Below are positions 12,742 through 22,055 of a stretch of 64,000 nucleotides of DNA, one piece after another. The DNA comes from Guillardia theta CCMP2712. Taxonomy: Eukaryota > Protista > Cryptophyta. A program made the position numbers and the translations under genes. The notes beneath the pieces are model-generated. The model was not told where the DNA came from. It worked only from the letters and a program-made list of their open reading frames with translations, and searched no databases. The stretch lies in assembly GCF_000315625.1 (NCBI RefSeq), contig NW_005434608.1:83449-147448 (forward strand), given 5' to 3'. The first letter of the stretch is position 1. Every line of letters begins with the position of its first letter.

Positions 12742-15287
12742 ATGGCATCGCTCAGGTTTCTCCTGGGGATCATCTGCATTTCATGCATCAGATGCGATCA
12801 TCGGCTTGTTCCTGGGACACATCGCAAACCGATCCGGCCATGTGCAGTACAGCCTGTGCTGTCTGACAGCTCGGGTTCAGCCGCGTTCCTTGTGCACCTG
12901 AGGGGTGGGCGACACAAGAGGAACAGGCATCGATCGAGCCTCAAGAACAGGCTCAAGGGAGGAGGGAAAGGGCCGCAGGATGACAGGAGTCACTTAAAGC
13001 TTCAAGACATCTTGGATAAGGATGTGGCATCGGAAGAGGAGGAGAAAGTGGGGCAAGTAGCAGTGGAAGAGGTGGATTACAAGTACGAGTACAGGAAGCT
13101 CCTGGTGGAGGTCGAGGCCTTGAGACAGGAGCTGCGATCGCGCACGCAGAGTGAGCATGCTCGGGATGATGGTGGGAAGATCCAGGAGAGCTCGAGCAGT
13201 GAGAGCGAGGAGATGGACCTTGACAGTGTGAACCATGCGAAACACCATGCAGCACATGAAGACAACATGCGGGAGCGAGCCAAGTACATCCCGATGAGGC
13301 TGAGTATCAAGGAGCGAAAGCTGCTTCGCTTGTTGGAGGCAGCGCTGTCGGTCAGCGAGTACGTGGACCGTGTGGATGTGATCTCGTTCAAGTCTCGCTC
13401 AGGGAGGATGGTCTCGATGATCAAGGAAGTATGCTCGATCCTCTGCGGGCTGTTGGTGTCGAGCGACTACAAGGAGGGGCAGCGACTGATCGAGAACAAG
13501 AACTACGCTGACAACGAGGAGTTCTTCCAAAAGATCTTCGAGGTCGGGAGAAGGCACAAGATCATGAACCCCGAGAAGATGAGGAGCACGTACGGAAAGC
13601 TCATCTACATGCTCCAGGACGCCGAGTCCCCCGAGGTGTCGGAGGTCCTGGGGTTTAAGTGCGTCAAGGAGATCAGGACTGTCTTCTCTTTCCTCCAGTA
13701 TGCAGGAGCTGTGGAGCTTCTCAACGACCCGCTGGTGCAGCTGGCAACCTCGGAGATACGCTCCGAGAACAGGAGCCGAGAGCAGGTGAACGCGGACATT
13801 CGGCACAAGGAGAAGGCTGTGGAGCACCTCGCGAGGAAGTACCGGTGCGAGCCAGCTCGGCCCCTGCTCCCTGCCTGAGTTGGCACGTGCAGGAGCGAGA
13901 AGCTGGAGGAGGAGGACATCCGCTGCTGTCTCTACTCCATCGGGGACAACAACGCCTTCCTGAGGTTCACCAGGGACCCTTGTGAGAAGGTAAGGACCTT
14001 CCCCCGGTCTGCCGCAGCGCCTCCCTCACGATCTCCTTAGATGCTCGAGTGGCTCAGGTCCAAGTTCAACCCTGAGCTCCCTGAGGACGATTTTTCCCTT
14101 GCCATCATCGGGGGGAGGAACGGGGCAAGGCTGACCCACAGCCACAGCAGGCAGTATCGCTTCGTGGAGCAGTCCCTCATGCTCTGGAGTGCAATCCTCA
14201 AAGATATGTTCAAGGTCACTCCCTCTCTTCCCCCCTCCTGCTGAACCCCCTGGTGGCCTCCTGCTGCTCGTCCTCCCTCTCCTTCTGCTGGACTGACTTG
14301 AACTTTTGAGATTTGACGTGATGGCAGTTATGGCACTTGTCCGAGCAAGATCTGCTCTCATCGCTGCATCCTTACAAGCTCCGGGACACAGGGCAAGGGC
14401 TCAACAGAGTACAACACAGCCCCCGCATAGGAAGCGAGATGGAACGAATCCTCCACTCGGTTCAGTCAAAGCTGCAAAGGTACCTCCCCTTGCTATCCGC
14501 CCTACTCCCTGCCTCCCTTCTCCGCCCGTTCAGCTTGCCATGCTCCACCTGACCTTGTCCGGCAGCAAGTGGGAAGGCTCGTCGGTTGTCCACCTGGGAG
14601 ACCACAACGTTCCCAACGCGCTCATGTTCATCGACAAGTACACGCAAGTCGAGAGGATCCTCAACCCCGTCGTCCTCTGCATCGAGAAGCTGCCCCAGCT
14701 GTATGCTAGCGACAAGGGCATCAGGAAGTACCTCGACTCCTCCTTCGGGTCGGTGGAGCATCTCAGGTAATGGCCATGGAGGAGAGCAGGAGGGAGCCGC
14801 TGAGTGATGGCTCGGCGAACTAACTCTGACATCACTGCTAGCAAGATGATTCTGTCTGACTTCTTCCGGAGTGCCTTCGACGGCAGGTGATCGCGAGGGT
14901 CATTGCTTATGTGTGTTTGACGGCTCTCCGCCTCTTGTTCCCTCAGTGGCGCCGACAACTTCTTTGACGCCGGGTCCTGCATCGATGGCAGGCTAACAAG
15001 CGCGTGGTGGGTTCTTGGCTGCGAGGATTTCCATCGAACATTCTTGAGACGGACTCCTCCTCCCCTCCCTCCCTCCCTCCCTCCCTCCCTCCCTCCCTCC
15101 CTCTCAACGTTTCTCTTGCCCTGCGGGTCTCGATGTGACTGAGCGGCGTCACTCAGGAACTGGTGCAGCCGCATAGAGAGGAAGCCTTACTTCCCCGCGT
15201 GAGTCGCTCCTGCCTGTCGCTCACTCGCTGAGGGGTCCCAGGTTTCTGCTGACGGGCTTCACGGGCTTCGACGGCAAGTTTGAGTAA
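12742..15287 (+). CDS. DUF2009 / UPF0652 family protein with an N-terminal signal peptide and LRGG
   Basis: RAKYIPMRLSIKERKLLRLLEAALSVSEYVDRVD, RRHKIMNPEKMRSTYGKLIYMLQD, GARLTHSH, HLGDHNVPNALMFIDKY, DAGSCIDGRLTSAW, FLLTGFTGFDGKFE* (TAA at 15285-15287). Confidence 0.88.
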
Positions 15288-15344
15288 GGAGGCGACATGC
15301 TCGAGCACCCGCCTGCGGCCCCTCAGTCTGCTGAAGAATACGCA

Positions 15345-15482
15345 GAAGAAGATTATCGCGATTTCATGAAGAGAAGGTCTGAGTCGGGAAAAACGTACTT
15401 CAACGGTCTACATGACAAATACATCAAATTGAGAACTACTACTGATATCAATGAGTTTGCGAAACAAACGCAAATCGAAAAT
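15345..15482. repeat. Inverted repeat A, left arm (pairs with 21192-21329)
   Basis: 138 bp with 1 mismatch seen. Encodes EEDYRDFMKRRSESGKTYFNGLHDKYIKLRTTTDINEFAKQTQIEN in both copies. Confidence 0.95.
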
Positions 15483-15811
15483 CTGATAGAAAAATCGCAG
15501 AGTTCCAACATGAATTATCACACATGTGTTGCATCTGTGGACAACTTCATACCTTGCATGCTGGCAAATGCCCTCCAAGACCGTGGGGCTTCTGACGAGG
15601 CCATGGAACTTAGTTAGTCAATGAGATAACTCCCATCAAAAGACACCCACCAGTGATTCCGCCCTGTTAGACCCCTCTACCCGTTTATCGCGTATATAAA
15701 TCCGTATTCATGTTCCATGGTCGAATTATAGATAAAATCGAATAGCGACGATTGTCCCATGTAAGGAAGACACTGACTCGACATCGAACCTGGCCCAATC
15801 GGTAAACGAGC

Positions 15812-16372
15812 ATGATGATGAAAAGGGTTTTACTCTTCTTGGGATCATCTGCCGTCGGCACATTCTCCCTAACACGCGACAACAGGGTGCACGCTCAGAA
15901 ATTCAAGGGTGCCACGGCCAAGGGGTTGGACCAGGGAAACGAGAATAGCAAGCAGATACTACACACGATCAAGGTAAAGTATTCACACGTAGATATACGG
16001 GCCATCTTATGGATGTTTGGGTCTATTGACTGCAAGTTATCGTATTACTACAACTTATGCAACACATCAGACACACAAGAAATGCAGGAACTCATAAAGA
16101 TCATCGCTGACACACCTGAGAACAATGCAAGGGTATACGCATCCATTGTCAGGCATCACCCGGACAAGCTGCGCAAGACATTCATTGCAGTACTACAGGC
16201 GACGTGTACCCGACACGGTATTGCATTTGTACATATAGATGACCATGTATGACAGACAGACCGGAGACGATCTATCTCGCTCTGTCGTCAATTCGGATTA
16301 TAGAGACCCTTATCCACATGTATTCACTTAAACTGGAAAGCAACTCTATCCCTTTACATCGAGGAACTTTGA
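15812..16372 (+). pseudogene. Frameshifted SGNH/GDSL-hydrolase-like gene of bacterial/virus type
   Basis: LLFLGSS..., KFKGATAKGL...NS, WMFGSIDCKLSYYY, GIAFVHID. The C-terminal DYRDP/LSTCIHLNWKATLSLYIEEL* is split across frames. Intronless and AT-rich. Confidence 0.55.
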
Positions 16373-16722
16373 AAACACGGGATCACCATCAACAACACCC
16401 TCGACCTCAAGAAAACAAGCGAGGAATACCTGGAAGAGAAAGCAATGCTCCCTCTGAAGAAAAGGAAATTCCCTCCATCATAATGCCTTGAAGGAAAACC
16501 GACAGCATACCCCTTGCAGAGCGAGGTACGGAAAGCCTTTTTCTCCCAAACAAGCAAAATACCATCGAAAGAGAGAAGGACGCCAAGGGCAAGTTTGTGT
16601 CCACGGGAGCGAAATCGAAGAAGAAGGCCGTGCGCAATGCCATCACCAATGCTTCTCATGATATTCCCCCCGTGAAGACGATTGCAAAGGGTAAGAAGGC
16701 CTCATCTACAAAGAGTTCGGCC

Positions 16723-17435
16723 TCACCCTCCCGCCTCCCCTGCGTCTTCATCGATGGCGGCAAGCGTCAGATCAAGGTTGCCCCGCTCCTCGATGTCTTC
16801 CCCGCGGGGCACTTGAACAGCTGGGGCGTGCAATAAAATGCACTCCTTGACGGTGTTGTCAAAGTACTCCGCCACTGTGCAGTTGCCCTGGTCGATGACG
16901 GGTAGGCACTGCCCATCCTTGTAGTACCACTCGTCGTGGTTGTCGATTCCCTTGAAGAATTTGTTGCAGTTGGGCGAGCAGTCGGAGATCCTCACTAGCG
17001 TCACGCCATCGGGGAATGTCCAGTATTGTGGGCACTGGTCCTCTGTCACAAGTGGCGATTGCGGTATCCTACATGTCTTGGTCTCATTGTCGTACTTATA
17101 GAGGATGTTGTAGAGCCTCTCGCAGGTGATGCAGTCCTTGATCGATGTCGAGGCGTTGGGGCTGGACAGATTGTAGGGGCAGTAGGTGCAAGGGATGTTC
17201 CCAAACTCTCCCTTGTAGGAGGGCACACAGGGGTCGAGCCCGTTGCCCGATCCAGTGTATCCAGGATTGCAGAACCTCACCCCGCTGACATAGCCAGACC
17301 TGCAGTAGCAGTTGTCCTCGCTTGTAGATCCCGGGTCAGAGTCCGGGCAGACGGAGCAGGAGAAGCTGCTCAGAACGAATCCTTTAAAGCACTTGCAGCT
17401 TGTGCTGTTGACGGAGAGAGCTGGGGAGGATGAGT
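16723..17435 (-). pseudogene. Fragment of a Cys-rich (GCC2/GCC3, ephrin-receptor-like repeat) surface protein
   Basis: CxC..G, CTYCPYNLSSPNASTSIKDC and CYCRSGY motifs. It has no start of its own, and its 5' end is joined to IR-B. Confidence 0.6.
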
Positions 17436-18001
17436 TCAACCAGATAAACTCAGTGACGCGCAAGCAGCCACAGAGGTTCAGTTGAAAAACCATTCTGCTC
17501 ATGCTCTTATCGTGAAGAGAGCAGTGACGGCAGTCACTATGAGAGTGAGTGCCATCAAAGCGTGGGAGCTGGTTGCGGAACTTGAAGCCGGAGCAGAAGG
17601 CGCGGGAGCAGAGGGCGCGGGAGCAGAGGGCGCGGGAGCAGAAGGCGCGGGAGCAGAAGGCGCGGGAGCAGAGGGCACGATGGGAGGCCCGACTACCCAT
17701 TTGGACTGACTGTAAGTTGTTGATGTTCCTGCGCGCCTTCGAGCAGGAGCACCAGCAGACCCGTAGAGGACAGTCTGACCAGCTGTCTGAAAGTATTGCT
17801 TGGGGAAAAGAATGTCAAAGTATACAGACATGGCGTCTCCAGTGACTGGGTTGGCTCTGATATTCACGACATCGCTTCCATAATTTGATAGAGCATCGCC
17901 GGATCCCATGGTAGCGTAGTTGAATCCTTTCGAGAGAACCAAGGAGATGAGCTTGCCGCCTAGAGAGAAGGAGATGTCATTGACCTCGACGTTGCTCATC
18001 T
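17436..18001 (-). repeat. Inverted repeat B: inverted copy of the 3' half and downstream flank of the GPI-protein gene (pairs with 19413-19978)
   Basis: 566 bp with about 2 mismatches seen (a P/H codon and one repeat unit). Confidence 0.95.
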
Positions 18002-18026
18002 AACTAAAGGCTCTTTGGGCGAGTCA

Positions 18027-18416
18027 ACACGACCACCCTCTCTTTTACCATCAAGGTCCCCCCCTCACCCCCTTTCCAAGTGATTTAAAATTAACTTCTC
18101 GTCGGGCAAGCATCAGTTTTAAGTCAACAAAATTTTGGTGCCCCCCCCCATGGCTGAATCATTTTCGACTCATCAATCGATCCAACTATAATTATTTTCC
18201 TCTCATCTTTTTAAAAGTGTAAGCATTCCATTCAAAACTCCAAGTTTTCTACGCTGGAAAATGATTAGTAGGATCAATTGATGAGTAGAAAATGATTACA
18301 CCAAAATTTGATTGACACGAAATTGATGATTGCCCGACGAGAAGTTAATTATATCACTGGGAAAGGGGCTGTGGGGAAGGGGGTACTTGATAGTAAAAGA
18401 GAGGGTGGTCGTGTTT
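18027..18416. repeat. Inverted repeat C / MITE-like foldback: ~115-bp imperfect arms (18027-18140 and 18299-18416) around an AT-rich spacer
   Basis: AACACGACCACCCTCTCTTTTAC...TTAACTTCTCGTCGGGCAA...AAATTTTGGTG recurs reverse-complemented, with several indels and substitutions. Confidence 0.8.
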
Positions 18417-18646
18417 CTTCTCCAAATATTTTGGAAAACCCAAATATTATACTGTTGGCTCATGTTGTAATGTAGGGAGGGTTCATTATGAAACTGCAGG
18501 GGACCCCACCCCAAGTCAATCTGTATTGGAAGTACCGGTGAATTTTTTCGAGGAAAATTTCAAATCATTTCTGGGCGGCCGGCGGGAAACGCCCCTTTAT
18601 TAGCCTCTTCCTCTCCTCGCGTCCTCTCACCCTTGGCTCGGCGGAC

Positions 18647-19915
18647 ATGCCTGCTGCTGCTGCTGCTGCTGCTGCTGCTTACCTCGCGGCAGCTCTGCTC
18701 CTCCTGCTCTGCTCCCTCCCTGGCTCTCAATGCGCCTACACCTTTGTCAAAGCAGAGGGACAGGACATCTGCGCCGGTGTCGTACCTGATTGTGCCAACA
18801 AGGAGGATTGTTCCACTGCAGCCTACGGGCCGTGCACCGCTGCCTCCCCCGGCCCCTCAGCCTATGTCACAGTCATCCCCAACGGATTGGCATGGGTCTA
18901 CGATATCAACACCTACACCACCGACCCCAATCAGGTCAACGTGATCAACGTTTTGCCGAACGTCAACAATGGGTTTGTGGAGAGTCAATCAGGCATCAAA
19001 GAAGGAAGTGCCGAGTATGCATACATGATGGCCGGAGGTCTAGTTGGTAACACCGTTGAAAGCTGCGGCTATGTTGGCGTGATTAATGCGATCATGACCA
19101 AAGGATCTATCAGCACAAAGACAATACCTGTTGCATGGAATACACCCGACAACCTTCCGTCTGACCACACAACTTACAACCACAGAGCAGATTACTGTAT
19201 CGCTTCTGCGTCCAACGGAGCTTGTACCGGAACTGATGTGACATTCGCATCCGGAGACATGGCGTTCATGGCTTACCTCGGAGTCATGGGTAGCAAGTAC
19301 GTTGCGGACCCTAAGGCCGCGTATCTCGGCCTCAGACTTAAGATGGCGGTGGTGGACAAGAATGAGACATCGGCGAACATGACTTTCAACTCCCAATCGA
19401 AGAAGCTGAGCGAGATGAGCAACGTCGAGGTCAATGACATCTCCTTCTCTCTAGGCGGCAAGCTCATCTCCTTGGTTCTCTCGAAAGGATTCAACTACGC
19501 TACCATGGGATCCGGCGATGCTCTATCAAATTATGGAAGCGATGTCGTGAATATCAGAGCCAACCCAGTCACTGGAGACGCCATGTCTGTATACTTTGAC
19601 ATTCTTTTCCCCAAGCAATACTTTCAGACAGCTGGTCAGACTGTCCTCTACGGGTCTGCTGGTGCTCATGCTCGAAGGCGCGCAGGAACATCAACAACTT
19701 ACAGTCAGTCCAAATGGGTAGTCGGGCCTCCCATCGTGCCCTCTGCTCCCGCGCCTTCTGCTCCCGCGCCTTCTGCTCCCGCGCCTTCTGCTCCCGCGCC
19801 CTCTGCTCCCGCGCCTTCTGCTCCGGCTTCAAGTTCCGCAACCAGCTCCCACGCTTTGATGGCACTCACTCTCATAGTGACTGCCGTCACTGCTCTCTTC
19901 ACGATAAGAGCATGA
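18647..19915 (+). CDS. Secreted, probably GPI-anchored surface protein (422 aa, intronless) with a (PSAPA)6 stalk
   Basis: Signal peptide (YLAAALLLLLCSLPGSQC), Cys-containing ectodomain, ARRRAG, a 15-bp repeat stalk, small-residue omega region ASSSATSS and a hydrophobic C-terminus. Confidence 0.8.
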   Translation: MPAAAAAAAAAYLAAALLLLLCSLPGSQCAYTFVKAEGQDICAGVVPDCANKEDCSTAAYGPCTAASPGPSAYVTVIPNGLAWVYDINTYTTDPNQVNVINVLPNVNNGFVESQSGIKEGSAEYAYMMAGGLVGNTVESCGYVGVINAIMTKGSISTKTIPVAWNTPDNLPSDHTTYNHRADYCIASASNGACTGTDVTFASGDMAFMAYLGVMGSKYVADPKAAYLGLRLKMAVVDKNETSANMTFNSQSKKLSEMSNVEVNDISFSLGGKLISLVLSKGFNYATMGSGDALSNYGSDVVNIRANPVTGDAMSVYFDILFPKQYFQTAGQTVLYGSAGAHARRRAGTSTTYSQSKWVVGPPIVPSAPAPSAPAPSAPAPSAPAPSAPAPSAPASSSATSSHALMALTLIVTAVTALFTIRA

Positions 19916-20185
19916 GCAGAATGGTTTTTCAACTGAACCTCTGTGGCTGCTTGCGCGTCACTGAGTTTATCTGGTTGATAGTCTATGAGACTGGCAAGTG
20001 GGGGGGATTTTCTGGAAATAGAACATGAGAATCATCAATCATGCAAAGAATCATCAATCATGCTACACACATCCTTCATATCGAACTTGTTGTTTGGCAT
20101 TCCGCCAAAGGCATCAAGTCCTCTTTCTCCCATTCTTTTCACTTCAAGCATTGTGCTCGTCCGTAAACCGAACGGGGACATCCGT

Positions 20186-21078
20186 ATGTCTTTCTGAAGC
20201 GACTCCGAACGCGAGGACACGCAGTCCCCGCCCCCACTCCCCGCCGCCTCCGGAAGCTCCTCCCTCCCGGTGAATCCACGCCCGCTGCCGCGTGCGGTGG
20301 CGAGGGTGAGGCCCCCGCAGCGCCTTGCCTCCGGGTACGATTCCGACTCCGTGATGGAGGACAGCTGCGATGAGGAGGAGGACATCAATAGCTCCTACAA
20401 CCTCAGGGATTACGTCGGCCGCAGGAAGTACTACAGCAACAGCAGCGATGAGACGCCGGGCTACGATGAGAGCATGGACCCTGCATGCGATCCCGTCGAG
20501 TCGCGTTCGCCGATGAGAAGATGAAGTCAAGAGACAGCGATGACGGCTACGACTCTATGGGCAGTGACGACCTGGACATGCTGGATGTCGAGATACGGGA
20601 TGAGGAGCTGGATATCATCCGTGATATGAACAAGGGTGACCTCGTCAGCTTCTGCAAGAGCTGCACCCCTTTCGCCATCTTCGAGGCCGTTGTGAGGCTG
20701 AAGTGTGTGGAGGAGAGCGAGAAGGCGGGCTTCGGCGTCTATGTCTGCGGCGCGACCTCGATATTCCATTGCCGTGTCTGCAACATGATCACGACCTGTA
20801 AGTGCTGCAGCCAGAGGGGGTGCTGCTTGATGTGTGGCAGCGACGACTCTGAGCTCATCGGTGTGAAGCTAGGCAATCCCTCCTCGGTTCAGTGCTACGT
20901 TCACGACATCGACTGCGCAGAGGCGAGGCGCAAGGCCATGGTGCTCAACGACAAGTCGGATGATTGCAATCTGCTCTTTGACAATGCAAGGGATCGTGTG
21001 AGCTTCTCGCGGAGTGTGGAACGCAGCGCCATGAGGTATGGTTTCGACAAGTATATCGCCATCGAGCGCATGCTGTAG
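20186..21078 (+). pseudogene. Disrupted intronless gene: acidic N-terminus and Cys-cluster (zinc-finger-like) domain
   Basis: ATG at 20186 meets an in-frame TGA at 20195. There is a frame change around 20485-20524, followed by CRVC...CKCC...CLMC. Confidence 0.5.
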
Positions 21079-21079
21079 T

Positions 21080-21655
21080 ATCCCTCACCAGGCCAAGCAC
21101 CACGAAGACGTTGTCCTCCACCCATCCACCCCTCAACGACCTCCGAGATCTCGATCGGCTCATGCATTTTCTTCTTCGCATAAGCGATGATATTTTCGAT
21201 TTGCGTTTGTTTCGCAAACTCATTGATATCAGTAGTAGTTCTCAATTTGATGTATTTGTCATGTAGACCGTTGAAGTACGTTTTTCCCGACTCAGACCTT
21301 CTCTTCATGAAGTCGCGATAATCTTCTTCCTTTTGTCCAATTCACGCGATATGAACTTGAGTGTGTGTGTCTTTAATTCTTGCTTTTCAAAATTTTTCAT
21401 AGTTCTAGTATGTGGAAGTTTTTCATGCAATCTGATAAGGTATGCGATCAAGGTACCAGCATAGTGAGCGACTTTGAATGATAGCGCGTTTGTTCTCAAT
21501 TCGTCCATGAGATAGAATATGTCACCTGTAGACGTTTCGTTGTCTATGTATATGTTGAATTGTAGGAGCACATCGTGATAACTGGAATCCTTATGCTTGT
21601 CCACAAAGTCATTACATGTCTTGAGTTGCGATTGCCAATGTTTTCTTTTATTCAT
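21080..21655 (-). pseudogene. AT-rich, Lys-rich intronless foreign/virus-like ORF, split by a frameshift
   Basis: ORFs 21305-21655 and 20901-21308. Composition differs from host genes. Probable source of IR-A. Confidence 0.45.
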
Positions 21656-22055
21656 CCTTCTTAAAGGTCGATATTTTATCGTCGATTGTGAATATGTACC
21701 CCATCATGTTATCCATATTTCCTCTCTTCATCCGGTGTCATCAATGTGACATACTCGAGCACCCGCCTGCAGCCCCTCAGCCTACTTGCCCTCTCCACCC
21801 ACCACTTCCTCTTGGAGTCTTTGAAGGTGCTCACACTCGTGCCGCTGCTACTGCTCTCTCAGGCTAGAGCCTCTGACGGCACGATCGGATGGCGAGCCCA
21901 TCGCTCGTTCCTATGGCTCTTTACAAGATGCGACTCCCGCCCTGAGAGCTCATAGGAGTGAATGTGATGCCATCAGCCTTTAAGACGATTGAAATAGACG
22001 ATTGAAAAACTTCTCGAACAAGTCGCGCTACCTCAAATTCTAGTTTCTCGCGCGC

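Larger units (their letters stand above)
15292..21786. mobile_element. ~6.4-kb mosaic insertion with flanking 41-bp direct repeats and nested inverted repeats (no transposase seen)
   Basis: 15292-15332 and 21746-21786 match at 36/41 bp. The interior is intronless, has mixed AT content, carries pseudogene fragments and has three IR pairs. Confidence 0.65.

Noticed and set aside
16249-21308. Three ATGA stop/start overlaps (16249, 20521, 21305) as operon-like translational coupling
   Set aside because: At least the SGNH case is clearly one gene broken by frameshifts, and the other two also read as continuous proteins across a frameshift. Pseudogene decay is the simpler explanation.
15345-21329. 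Intact Polinton/virophage or TIR transposon
   Set aside because: The IR arms are coding-derived and not terminal. No polymerase, integrase, capsid, ATPase or transposase motifs were seen.
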